Origin: Octopus sinensis
Lineage: Eukaryota
Assembly (NCBI RefSeq): GCF_006345805.1
Contig: NC_043011.1
Span: 51,782,464 to 51,846,463, forward strand
Length of the DNA stretch: 64,000 bases
Direction of reading: 5' to 3'
Under the pieces are notes generated by a model. That model worked only from the letters and a program-made list of their open reading frames with translations, ran no database searches and was not told where the DNA came from. Within the stretch, counting starts at the first letter, position 1, and the number at the start of each line of letters is the position of its first letter. Below are positions 50,771 to 63,917 of this stretch, piece after piece. Made by a program: the position numbers and the translations under genes.

Positions 50771-51573
50771 ATGTCTGCTGAACATTTTATTGACACTTTA
50801 GATAGGGTGTTGTATAAAAGTACAAAGCATCTCTCTACACCTCACCACACTCCAGTACACTGCACCACACCATACCCAATTGTATCCAAGACAGAGCCAT
50901 TAAGAAGTCACTCAATCTGGTAGAAATAGCAGCCAAGTCTCCCTCAAATTACATTCTACTGTCTCAAAAATTAATTTTTTTTAAAAATAATATAATGTAA
51001 CAAAAAAACCATGTTGGATAATGTAGTTCTAGGGAGCCTTCAAAGGAGAGAATGATCCTACATCTACTGAATTAGAATCACTAAAAGCATAACTATAACA
51101 CTATGGCACCAAAGGAAAGGACTAAGGCATTGCTACCCCATAAAACCACAAGATTACATGAAGTCCAGAGTGTGATAGACACATGCCACACCTAACTACA
51201 CCACCACCTATACAACAATACACTACCACCTACACCATACCGCATCACAAGCTGTCATTTAAATATATAATATACATGGCACAAAACACTATACATTATA
51301 TCACACTTACTATACACCATACAATACACAACATTGCATATGTACACCACATAAGTCTTTATATCACATTTAACACACTACATATTACGTAGCATACATC
51401 CTTGCACGCATGCACACATGCGCACACACATCACACATTATACAGCCAAACATACACCACAACTAACAACATGCATCACATCACACATAATATATAACAC
51501 ACAACATACATCATTGCGTACATACACATCTACATCCGCCATCTACTACTACTACTACTACTACTACTACTAT

Positions 51574-51609
<36 letters not shown>

Positions 51610-51826
51610 ACAACAACAACAAACTACACCACACAAGACTGCACACATATAAACACATGCACGTCAACATGCTATACAGTTAACACAGCATGCAACATAC
51701 AGGCACCACTACCATTATGACGTGTACTATAACTACTACTTTTCAAGTGCAGACATGCATACAAATCCAGACAATATACTGCATCACTTCTAACTGTTAT
51801 ACATGCATATGCATAAATACTTGCAC

Positions 51827-52624
51827 ATCAACACTCCATACAGTCAATGTCAATAACATACATTTTGCAGACACTCACACATACTCCAGAATATACATCT
51901 ATACACCATATAATAAATATGAGGGACCCTCCACATGGTGACTATATCTACTAGACATAGCAACCAATTTTTCTCAAATAACACCCCATCATCTTAAAAA
52001 AAAAAAGAAAAACATTCAAAAATGTCATAAAAATAATGCAAACAGACAGGATGGTCATGGCTGTAACACCTTTGATCATGGCTCTGCTGAATCAACACTC
52101 CATACAGTCAATGTCAATAACATACATTTTACAGACACTCACATATACTCCAGAATATACTTCTATACACCATATAATAAATATGAGGGACCCTCTACAT
52201 GGTGACTATATCTACTAGACATAGCAACCAATTTCTCTCAAATAACGACCCATCATCTTAAAAAAAAAAAAGAAAAACATTAAAAAATGTCATAAAAATA
52301 ATGCAAACAGACAGGATGGTCATGGCTGGAACACCTTTGATCATGGCTCTGCTGAATCAACACTCCATACAGTCAATGTCAATAACATACATTTTGCAGA
52401 CACTCACATATACTCCAGAATATACATCTATACACCATATAATAAATATGAGGGACCCTCCACATGGTGACTATATCTACTAGACATAGCAACCAATTTC
52501 TCTCAAATAACGACCCATCATCTTAAAAAAAAAAAAGAAAAACATTCAAAAATGTCATAAAAATAATGCAAACAGACAGGATGGTCATGGCTGGAACACC
52601 TTTGATCATGGCTCTGCTGAATCA
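51827..52624. repeat. Three tandem copies of a 265-bp unit
   Basis: ATCAACACTCCATACAG starts at 51827, 52091 and 52356; the array ends at GCTGAATCA 52624. Confidence 0.95.
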
Positions 52625-53869
52625 GAGAAAACTTGTGGTTACATAGCAACATACTATTTTGATATTACAATAATAGATACACACTCACATGCACACGTGT
52701 GTTTGTGTAAATACATACATATATTTACATCATACATCTGTACACACACACACACACACACAAAATTCATACACCAGAATACTTGACTCTGACAAACACA
52801 GTCCTAACCCGAAACAGTAAGCATCCTGAACACAACCAGTCATCTACACAATCACACCACATGCATACAATAAATATATATATATATATATCCCCATCCA
52901 CCTCCATTCCCTTAGTCTGTCTGACAGTCCAGCCTCAAGCTAAGAACAGGGACCAGTTAGACACACCCAGTTGCTTGCACACAGACACCTCCTCCTATAC
53001 ACCCAATCCCTCTTCTCTACATCTGATAAGATTCCCACTGCCTTCGCCATCACCACCACCACCACCATTCATGATCAATAAAACTATCACTAACTAAACC
53101 TTCACCACCATTACGGGTTGCCATGATCACTACCACTACTACTACTACTACTACTACTATTACTAACACCCATCATAACCACCTCAAGCAATAACCTCAT
53201 TGCCATCCTAAACCCAACGTTAACCCAGCATTCCTTGTAAAATGGAGTCTGCTGCTGTTTACATCATGGATGTTTGGTTGGTGCAACCCTATACACATTG
53301 GCTATTCTGTTTCTGATTTTCAATTCTACACTTTCTCCTCTCAGCCCCTCACCTCTTATGTCTGTGTTTGTGTGCCCTGCCTGTACTTTCTCTCTCTCTC
53401 TCTCTCTCCCTCTCTCTCTCACACACACACACACACACGCCCTCAATCCAACTGCTATGAAACCAATTTCAGCAATCTGTAGTCTTTAAGCAATATCATT
53501 CCTCTATCTCCAACTTCATACACACACATATACACCACACTCTCCCTCTCTCAAACCTTGACAGACTGATAGAGAAAGAAAGGGGTAAAAAGAAAAACAA
53601 AAAAGAAGAAGAAAGTAAGAATGTTCACCAAGTATTAAGATCCTTTCCTTTCTTGTCACCTCTTATATTAAGAAAGTTGTTATTGTTCCCTGCAATTCAA
53701 TCTTGGAGGAAGGAAGAAGTACAATCAATTGAATCAGCCCCTCCATATTAGTGGTGTTTATTTTATCAACTGAGATGAAATGACAACTGAAATCAACTCT
53801 GGTTAGATTTGAACTTACAGAGATAAAACTAAATGCTGTATAATATGGCACTGTAACTCAATATTGTCT

Positions 53870-54265
53870 TCATCATCATTTTAATGTTCATTTTTCTGTG
53901 CTTGCATGGGTTGGACAGAGATTATTGAGGCAGATTTTTCTATGGCTTTATGCCCTTCCGCTTGCAAACCCCGCATGATTCCTAGTAAGGTAATATTTCC
54001 CCATGGTCAGACATTCGTGTAGAATATTGAAAATGAATGACACTGCTTGCACAACAGTAACACAAATACACACACACACACACACACACACACAGGGGTA
54101 TATGTGGGCTTCTCTCAGTTTCCATCTTCCAAATTCACTCATGAGGCTTTGGTAAGCCCAGAGCTATAGTAGAAAACATTTGTCAAAGGATCCATGCATT
54201 GGGATTGAACCTGGAACCATGTGGTTGAGAAGCAAACTTTTTACAACAAAGCTATGCCAGCACCT
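53870..54265 (-). mobile_element. SINE-B2
   Basis: RTE-type tail, (CA)n centre, SINE-B head. Confidence 0.8.
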
Positions 54266-54975
54266 ATATAAATAATATTTTTGACTTTGGCTCAAGGCAA
54301 CAAATTTATAGAGGAGGAGCAAATCATGTGCACTGACACCAGTTTGGACCAATACCTGTGTTGTTAACTCACAGAAGTATGAAGGTTTAAGTCAAACATG
54401 GTGGGATTATCACTCAGACCTATCATAAATGCTATTCTGCTTTGCAATGCAATAATAATGATTTCTAACACAGGAACGTATCTCCCCACTTGTTCATAGT
54501 ATTGGTTACTTTTTATTGACCTCAGAGGGATGAAAAGTAAAGTTTCCTTTGACAATATCTAAATTCAGTATAACGGTTTCTGATTAGGTAGCAGTTTTGA
54601 AGGAAAGTGGGGTTAGTCAATTATATCAATTCCAACACTTGACAGGAATTGACAAGACAAAGTTGACCTAAGCTGGATTTGAACTCAGAATATAAAAAAG
54701 CCTGAACAAATCACTGCACAGCATTTTTCTGACACTCTAATGATTCTGCTAAGATTCTATGGTGCTGCAAGCCAATGATGAAGTCCTATGTAATTGTTCA
54801 ACTGCCTAGAAATCACAGCCAAATCTCTCTCATATTACTCTCTACCATTAATGCTTTTTACAACTTCATATAGCACGTCTCATATGGCTTCCACACAATC
54901 TCCTCTTTTAAATACTAAATCATCATCCCGATTTTCTATCTAATGCATACTCTGATTCTAAAATTAGCAAGTGAA

Positions 54976-55204
54976 TTAACCCTTTTGATATGAACCCATC
55001 CAAGACCACCCCTGGTTTTATGATACAAACTCTCAGCTTTAGAATGATTTAAACTAAAATCTTCCACTAAAATTTCACATTAATTTTGTGCCAAATACCA
55101 ACTTCATAATGACAAAGTTATTTTACTAAATTATTCATTATTTTAAAAATTAATTGAAACAAACTCGGTGTGTTTCAACAGAAATATGGTAACAAAAAGG
55201 TCAA
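54976..55204. mobile_element. piggyBac-type MITE (older, longer variant)
   Basis: TTAACCCTTTTGATA...AAATATGGTAACAAAAAGGTCAA. Confidence 0.7.
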
Positions 55205-55264
55205 ATGTGTAGGACAAAAGGAAATTATTATTATTATTATTATTATTGTTTTGTTTTGTTTTTT

Positions 55265-57333
55265 TGTAATGTCACTAGTGAAGAAAAATACAGGGAAGTT
55301 CTTGCAGCACAATTAAAGAATATTAAATTTTTATTAATTATTGATGAAAATACAGATGTACCTACAAAACAAAAAAAAAAAGAAGAAAACTTGTTCTAAT
55401 AGCTAGATTTTATGATAACCATATTAACAAAAAAAAAAATAGTTGACAAGCTTTTAATGCTTTTAAAAATTAATTGCTGTACTGCCCAAGGCATTACAAT
55501 TTCTAAAGTAAATTTCTTTGAAAGCATGGCATCCCATTTTAAAATCTGATAGGCCATGCAAGTGTTAGTGGTAGAGTTAAAAATCAGTGTTCAAAATCTC
55601 CTGAAGCAGAAAGAGCCATATCTCTTTATACATGGCTATATACACCAGTCATTACATTTACACGTATTCTACACATGCTCCAAACTTCCAACTTCCTTAG
55701 CGGAGGAGCTGACTAGAATTGTTTATTCATAATTATGAAACAGTCCAAAGACATTATCTGAATATTTAGAATTTCAGGAATTTACCCAGTCAGATGCAAA
55801 AAAAGAGTTTACATCATAGCCTATACTTGAAGGCTATCCCATCAGCAAAGAAGAGAAAGACTACTGAATCAATCAATGATCAGTACTTGTTTTATTCTTT
55901 ACCTTCAGTTGGAGAAGATGGGATAATTTCAGTATCAGTAACATGAGGTTCACATATGCCAATTGTAAAAATGTACTTAGCATTTTTAACTCTTATTCTG
56001 CCACCGCCACAGAAGCCATTGCTGCTTCCGCCGCCGCCACTAACACCACCACCACCACCACCATCAGCAACAGTATTTAATATCCACTTTTCCATGCTTA
56101 CATAGGCTAGGCGGAGTTTATTTGAGGAAGATCCTCTTCTTGTCATCAGCTCTCACCTGATTCCAAGTAAGGTAATATTTCCCCAGAGCCAGACACATTG
56201 TCACAGAATACTGGAAATGAATGACACTGCTTGTATGACAACAACACTCATTTACAACCATTATGAGATGTTAAGACAAAGAGACACAAACACACACATA
56301 TACATATATACAAGGGCCTTCTTTCAGTTTCAGTCTACCAAATCCACTTTGGTCAGCTTGGGGCTATAGTAGAAGACACTGGCCTAAAGTTCCATGCAGT
56401 AAGACTGAACCCAGGACCATATGCTTAGGAAGTCGTGCCTGTACCAATTTATAAATAAAATCAACTTAGAGTTTCAAGTAGAGAATTTTAGAATTCAGAG
56501 GCCACAGTATGAATGGTATCCTTGTTAATTTTATAAAAAGAAAAAAGAGCAAGTACAAAAATAACAGAGATATGTTGAAAGTTTACATCAATGATCCTTC
56601 AATTTATGTTCCCTTAAGTGAAATATATTGTGGAATAAGAACTCAAAGTATTTTGAAGAATTTCAACTCGTGACATTGAACTTATGAGAAACTATGCAAT
56701 TTAGTGTATGAATTATTTTATTTCATCTAATATGTTCACTAATTTACAATTATTAGCAATTTTAGATCTAGAAAAATGTGCCTCAAGGATAGCTATCTTC
56801 AAATATCTCACTGGCCATGAAATTTGCTAATATTATTGAAGAGAAAAACCCGAAAGAAATCAATAGAAAATAGTGAGAGTTAAATTTGCAAAAGAATGAA
56901 ATATCAGAACTAAAGAAATACTGTATTGTAATTCTCAAGAAAAATATAGAAACAACTTAGGTTTCCCATTTATCTTGAAGATAATGATAAATTTAATATC
57001 ATTTTTCACCTGCTTCATAAAGGCTGTTTTCTTTGGTATACAGTATATAAAGATTAGAAGAAAAAAAAAAAACATTACTGGCTATGTAGTGAAACACTAA
57101 ATACTTTCTTATACAGAAAAAAATATGACATGTACATAATGGTAACTACCAGAAAAATTGTACAAAGAATTCAGAAAACTAAATGTATACCAATGAAAAA
57201 TAGAGAACAAGTTTTTAATATAGAATAAGGTTATTTATATGTTTTGATATTTAATTGGTAAAAATCCAAGAATTCTTGGTAAATTTTAGAAAATTATCCA
57301 GTAAAATTCATGAAAATTATCTGGCAACCACAG
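55265..57333 (+). pseudogene. Fossil hAT transposase with probable right terminus
   Basis: QLKNIKFLLIIDENTDV (catalytic D region), HGIPF.NLIG, LLKQKEPYLFIHG, YLEFQEF, later DPSIYVPLSEIYCG and decayed C-terminal sequence; terminus-like TCTGGCAACCACAG at 57320-57333; interrupted by a SINE-B2. Confidence 0.75.
56050..56435 (-). mobile_element. SINE-B2 inserted in the hAT fossil
   Basis: Same organisation as 53870-54265. Confidence 0.75.
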
Positions 57334-57692
57334 GCAACAGATCTCAAGTGTCAGTAGAATGATAAAACTCACTTCGTTCATACTGTAAAGTGGTTGGTTA
57401 AAATCACACCAAAATAATAATAATAATAATAATAATGCAAAAATAAAAGAAGACACAAACAATCAACAAAAACTGGCAGATTTCTGTTGCTGTATCTGAG
57501 TCACTTCGTTCATACTGTGGTTGGTTAAAATAAAAAAAAAGACACAATCACAAAAACTAGCAGATTTCTGTTGCTGTATCTGAGAGACAGCAAAGGGCAA
57601 AAGCAAGTAAGTAAGGATTTGCCAGAACCAACCCAAGCCAGAATGGAAAAGCAGACAAAAGAAATGAATATGATGATGGTAATGAAGCTTAT

Positions 57693-57923
57693 GGCGAGCT
57701 GGCAGAAACGTTAGCACACTGGGCGAAATGCTTAGCGGTATTTCGTCTGCGTTATGTTGTGAGTTCAAATTCCGCCGAGGTCGACTTTGCCTTTCATCCT
57801 TTCGGGGTCGATAAATTAAGTACCAGTTACGCACTGGGGTCGATGTAATCGACTTAATACCTATGTCTGTCCTTGTTTGTCCCCTCTGTGTTTAGCCCCT
57901 TGTGGGTAATAAAGAAATAGGTA
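57693..57923 (+). mobile_element. SINE-A, young subfamily, full length
   Basis: A-box-like GGCGAGCTGGCAGAAACGTTAGC; B-box GAGTTCAAATTCC at 57761-57773; CpGs retained. Confidence 0.93.
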
Positions 57924-57994
57924 ATGATGCTTATGAGTGCGTGTATGCACACGCACATACACACTAACACTGCTTTTGTATGAGTGTACATTAA

Positions 57995-58025
<31 letters not shown>

Positions 58026-58027
<2 letters not shown>

Positions 58028-59292
58028 GCACTACAACCATCATACCCAAGTCTCAATTCCACACCCTCCTCTCCAAAATACCCCAACCACAGTTTGCTTA
58101 ATTGATTGCTTGAGTGTTTGTTCTGCTTTCTTTGAAACCACTGAAGATGGGAAATCTAATTTTTTTTTTTTTATCAATAATTACTAAACAAAATTTTTTT
58201 TTTAAGCATTTAAAAAACTTTTGCTTTCTTTTATCAAATATTTTTAGTTATATGTTGAGTGAGCTATGGTTTATTTGACAAACAAGATCAGTTATGTGAA
58301 AAATGAAGTGCAATACAAATATGAGTTACAGACAAAAAATAAATGAAATCAGTTACACACACACACACACACACAAATGAAGAAAAACAAAATGCAATTG
58401 AAATGTGGGCTGTATGAAAAATAAAATCAGTTATATGAAAACATGAAATGCAATAGAATGTTGACAAACATGGATACATAGCAACACTATGTATTTCTTT
58501 CAGATAGTGGCAATTATAGTATTAGTGATAACTAGTGAAAAAAATATATTCAAATAGTGACCGTTCAGAAAGAAAATTTTCCTTTTGTTTTTATATGTTA
58601 AAAGTTTAGATGATATTGGGTAAAAAATTTACCAGTCTTGAGTTGTTGTTATTATTATTATTATATGCACTACAACCATCATACCCAAGTCTCAATTCCA
58701 CACCCTCCTCTCCAAAATACCCCAACCACAGTTTGCTTAATTGATTGCTTGAGTGTTTGTTCTGCTTTCTTTGAAACCACTGAAGATGGGAAATCTAATT
58801 TTTTTTTTTTATCAATAATTACTAAACAAAATTTTTTTTTAAGCATTTAAAAAACTTTTGCTTTCTTTTATCAAATATTTTTAGTTATATGTTGAGTGAG
58901 CTATGGTTTATTTGACAAACAAGATCAGTTATGTGAAAAATGAAGTGCAATACAAATATGAGTTACAGACAAAAAATAAATGAAATCAGTTACACACACA
59001 CACACACACACACACACACTCAAATGAAGAAAAACAAAATGCAATTGAAATGTGGGCTGTATGAAAAATAAAATCAGTTATATGAAAACATGAAATGCAA
59101 TAGAATGTTGACAAACATGGATACATAGCAACACTATGTATTTCTTTCAGATAGTGGCAATTATAGTATTAGTGATAACTAGTGAAAAAAATATATTCAA
59201 ATAGTGACCGTTCAGAAAGAAAATTTTCCTTTTGTTTTTATATGTTAAAAGTTTAGATGATATTGGGTAAAAAATTTACCAGTCTTGAGTTG

Positions 59293-59327
<35 letters not shown>

Positions 59328-59328
59328 G
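58026..59328. repeat. 639-bp tandem duplication
   Basis: ATGCACTACAACC at 58026 and 58665; junctions lie in (TTA)n; the copies differ mainly in microsatellite length. Confidence 0.95.
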
Positions 59329-60158
59329 TGAGCTGGGCATAAAGTTTAGCCGCATTTCATCCATCTTCAAGTTCTGAGTTCAAATTCTGCCAAGTTTGAT
59401 TTTGCCTTTCATCCTTTCAGAGTTGATAAAATAAGTACCAGTTGAGTACTGGGGTCGATGTAATCAACTATCCCCCTCCCCCAAATTTCAGGCCTTCTGC
59501 CTGTTGTAGAAAGTATTATTCTTATTAAGGGATGGCAAGGAAGCAAAATCATTAGTGTTGCAAAAAAAATGCCTTACAGTATTTGCTTCAGCTCTTTATG
59601 TTCTGAGTTCAAATTCTACTAAGATTAACTTTGCTTTACTCACCCTGGGTTGATAGAATAAAGTATCAGTCAATAATTGGGAAATTATTGATTAATCCCC
59701 TCTTCCCATATCTCTGGTCTTGTGCCTCTATCAGCAACAAAAATAGAAGACACTAGCCCAAGGTGCTGGCAATGGGAATGAACCTGAAAGCACATGGTTG
59801 CAAAGCAAGCTCCTTAACCACACAGCTATGCCTGCACTTATGTATGTATGTATGCACGTATGTATGCATGTGTGTGTGTGTATGTGTGTGTACATGCAAG
59901 ACTGTTAACATTCCACATGGTTGCCAGTCACTGGCTGAGTGAAACCAGTGATATGATGATCATATACTTCAGTGACATTACAACCAGTCATTATGCACTT
60001 TCAAAGAACAATGGAATAAAAAAAATTCCTGACTTGAAAAACAGATAAGGGTTGGCAATAGGAAGAACATTCAACTGTAAAATGCAGTCTCACAAAGTAC
60101 TCATCCAATCCATGCTTATATGAGAAAATCCAAAATTAAGGGAACGAATATCTATCTA

Positions 60159-60190
<32 letters not shown>

Positions 60191-60329
60191 CCTATCTATC
60201 TACCTACCTATCTATCCACCTACCTACCTATCTATCTACCTACCTATCTATCTACCTACCTACCTACCTACCTACCTACCTACCTACCTACCTGTCTATC
60301 TATCTATCTACCTACCTATCTATCTATCT

Positions 60330-60479
60330 TTTTTCCCTTTTACGATCCCTTTTGATCGAAAACCTACGCCACCTTTTTTTTGTTTCTTTTGTTTTTTGTT
60401 TTTTTCATCCCCCAAAAGAAAAGCTCTACCTTGTAACTTGTCCCATCTGTGTGCAGCCCCGTGTGGCCAATAAAGAAAC
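60330..60479 (+). mobile_element. Unclassified retroelement 3' end in a (CTAT/CTAC)n array
   Basis: Ends TTGTCCCATCTGTGTGCAGCCCCGTGTGGCCAATAAAGAAAC, similar to the young SINE-A tail. Confidence 0.55.
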
Positions 60480-61140
60480 TTATCTACCTATCTATCTACC
60501 TATTTATCTACCTACCTACCTATCTATCTAACTACCTACCTACCTATCTATCTATCTACCTACCTACCTATCTATCTATCTACCTACCTACCTACCTATC
60601 TATCTACCTATCTACCTACCTACCTATCTATCTATCTGTCTACCTATCTATCTCTTTAGACACACACAGACACACACACTAATAAATATTTAACTACATG
60701 ATGTAGACAGTGTTTGTAAATTATATAAGGCATTTAGGGGTACAAACCTAAGGTCTGACAAAAAAAAGAGGAAAGGTCCTCTCATGGGCTATGCTGTGTG
60801 TATGTGCATGTGTGCATTCATATGTGTATGCATTAGGCCAATGTATATGTAAAAGAATGACTTTTGGTTACATATACAGGCAAAGAGTGCAGTACACACA
60901 CACACGTCTCCAGACTATCATTCAAATCCTCACCAATATGAAGGTATTTAATTCTGTTTCTCTCCACCCCACACTCTCTCTCCATTTTGGTTTCTTTTTA
61001 CACCATTTGTGTCCTCAAACAACTTGTTCCACACACAATCACAACTAATATTTATTACCTCTAGCTCTAAACACCACATTTGCCTTTCAATAGTACTAAG
61101 GTATTTTATATTTTAGCACAAAATGGAAAAGAACAGCTAT

Positions 61141-61172
61141 GGGGAGGGAGGGAGGGCGGGAGGGAGGGAGGG
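61141..61172 (+). other. G-quadruplex-forming motif
   Basis: Eight G3+ tracts with single-nucleotide loops: GGGGAGGGAGGGAGGGCGGGAGGGAGGGAGGG. Confidence 0.8.
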
Positions 61173-61702
61173 TCAGGTGGGACAAGTTTATGATTAAAGC
61201 AAAAGAGAGAGAATAAAGGGGCGAATATGGAAGCAGAGATACGATTGGGTGTGGGGAACAGAATGCTAGTGTGTGTTTGTTACTGAAATGTTAAGTAAAT
61301 AAACATTTGCGACTCATGGTGGGGTCAGGGCTTAAGAAGTTAAAAACAAGGAGCTGAGGTAGGAAGTACCTTGAAAGAGTGGAATAGGGATGATATAGCC
61401 ATTACTGCTATTGTTGTTGTTGCTGCTGCTGTTACAGCAACTGGGTCAACTAGCTGACTGGAATTAAGGTGAAGTCATGGCCTTGTAGATCAAGAGTTCA
61501 AAACTCCAATGAAGAATATCAACAAATATTAATTAAGATACATAGTAGTGAAGGGTCTTTTTGTTTGTTTCTTTTGCTGATATATTTTTTCATTATTGGT
61601 AATACACACACACACATATATATATATATGTGTGTGTGTGACTGTCTATACACATTGTTGATACACAGGTATGTTGTTCTTGACTATATTGATGTCATTA
61701 TT

Positions 61703-61927
61703 AAGGCGGCAAGCTGGCAGAATCGTTAGCACGTCAGGCAAAATGCTTAGCGGTGCTGCCGTTACGTTCTGAGTTCAAATTCCGCTGACGTCGACTTTGC
61801 CTTTCATCCTTTCGGGGTCGATAGATTAAGTACCAGTTAATTGGGGTCAATGTAACCGACTTAAGCCCTTTGTCTGTCCTTGTTTGTCCCCTCTATGTTT
61901 AGCCCCCTGTGGGCAATAAAGAAATAA
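61703..61927 (+). mobile_element. SINE-A, young subfamily
   Basis: Same head, central domain and tail as 57693-57923, with small deletions. Confidence 0.9.
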
Positions 61928-62818
61928 TTATTAAATATCTCAATTCTGTTGGATCCTGCAAATAAATGTGTGTGTGTGTGTGTGAGTGTGCACGTGTGTG
62001 TATGTGACTGAAATAAAGAAAAATGATTGCATTTCAGTCAAGTAAAGAAAAGATGTGTGTGTAGGTGCGTGTGCAAGCAAATATGCGCATGCATGGTGAT
62101 GTTGACTTGCTATATTCTACTAAAGTGTTTTCAATACCATGTGTTATATGCAATTGCTGTTTATGTTTGGTGCAGGCATGGTTGAACAGTTGAGATCATT
62201 TCCCAGTCATGAGGCACCTGGTTCAATTCTACAGAGTTCCATTAAGAAAAAGTAACTTCTACACTAGCTTCATGCTTATTCAAGGCTTAGGAAGGAAATG
62301 TGTGTGTGCACGTGTGCATGCGTGTGCATGCATGCATGTCTGTGCACACACATATTGGTAGAGCCATTAAAACATCAGATGGAAAGCCTAACAGTATTCA
62401 TTCATGCTATCTGTACACTGAGGTTAACTTTGCTTTCCATCTTTCAAGGACAATAAAGTACCACTTCAATAGTGGAGTGAATTCTTCTTCCCATTCTCTT
62501 CTCCTCTGGAAATTGGCTGAGTTCAGATGGAGAGGGATGGATTCACCACATATAAAAATACTTGGGACACAACAAATATTATGGTGGCACCTGAAGAGCA
62601 CTATCAGAAGCATGAGGGCTCAAAGAAGCAAGGCAAGAAGGATATCCATCTAATTCCTCGACTAGGGTCCATAAGCCCCCTGGGGAGTGGGGTCATGGTA
62701 AGATTTTATTGTTAAAATTTGTGCAATAAATTGCTTATATTTATACAATACATGAAATATAAAAACTTTTTTTAATAAAATTCCTAATAATATTCAATCA
62801 TAAAAAATACAATAAGAT

Positions 62819-62852
<34 letters not shown>

Positions 62853-63812
62853 GTGAATGGCTATGGAGGTCCATCTGAGTAAAACAGGAATCAAAGGGGA
62901 CCATAGATAAAAAAATGACTGAGAACCACTGATCTAATATATCAGTATAGATCATCATCATCCTCATAATCATCATTTTATTGTCACTTTTTCATGCTTG
63001 CATGAGTTGGACGGAGTTTGTTGAGCCAGATTTTCTATGGCCAGATGCCTTTCCTGTCAGCAACTCATATTTATTTACAAGCAAAGTAATATTTTCCCAT
63101 GGACAGATAAGTTTTTGCAGAATATTGGAAATGAATGCTGCTGCTTATATGGCAATGATATTCATTTACAACTATCAAGTGATGTTAATACACAAATGTA
63201 CAAATACATATAGGTAAATAGATAGATATAAATACATACATACATACACATACATATATACACATACATGTGTGTGTAAGTATATACATGCAAAGTTTAT
63301 TCATTTGTCTGAAGATTGTTTTGGAAAATGTTCCTTAACAAATGCTCCCTAAAGTTACACAGAATAATCTTTAAATACTTAACTCTACTCTTGTCTATGT
63401 GAAAACCTACAATTTACAATATAGTAAGTTATAAACTTAATACATTTGTAATTGCACCATTTATCAAGTTGTGCCCTTTTCTCATTTCATAAACATCAGG
63501 ATCTTCATTGATTTGCATCTTGAGAATACATTTTCCCCACCCCCACCCATACTTTTTGTCTATAAGGTGGCACTTAATCACTCAACTATGAGTCCACTGC
63601 ATCTTTACAGCAGAAACAACTGTAAGCAAATGAAGTTCTTGAGATAATCATTTATTCCTTTTGTCATCTCAATTTCTTATTACTGCTCTGCACTCAACTA
63701 ACCCTTCATTCCGAAGCACAGGTATATTGAGTTCTGTACCAAGTTATTAGTATCACAACACTTAAATGAAATATTAAAATACACACACACACATAAATAT
63801 ATATATATATAT

Positions 63813-63917
63813 TGACCGACCAGGCTATCAGATGTTGCTACACATCGCTGGTCACAATGCGTTTGCATTGTTTTAGCCTTCGAATGACGCCACCCCGCTG
63901 GCTAAGCAAGCAGGCCA
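63813..63917 (-). mobile_element. SINE-D 3' fragment in (TA)n
   Basis: Reverse complement of 21715-21821, with CpGs retained. Confidence 0.88.

Noticed and set aside
50110-50796. Poly-E/K/R and poly-F/L ORFs
   Set aside because: Reading frames of a (GAA)n/(CAA)n tract, open on both strands.
51827-52624. CRISPR-like or other repeat-spacer array
   Set aside because: Units are whole 265-bp duplications without unique spacers; eukaryotic context with no cas genes.
60343-60362. CGATC/GATCG hairpin followed by GAAAAC as another hammerhead
   Set aside because: No CUGANGA core or stem I can be built from this copy.
63567-63621. 55-nt candidate plus-strand exon with good AG and GTAAGC signals
   Set aside because: Single short frame with no homology and no partner exon; chance level in 64 kb. 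The same applies to 17766-17847.
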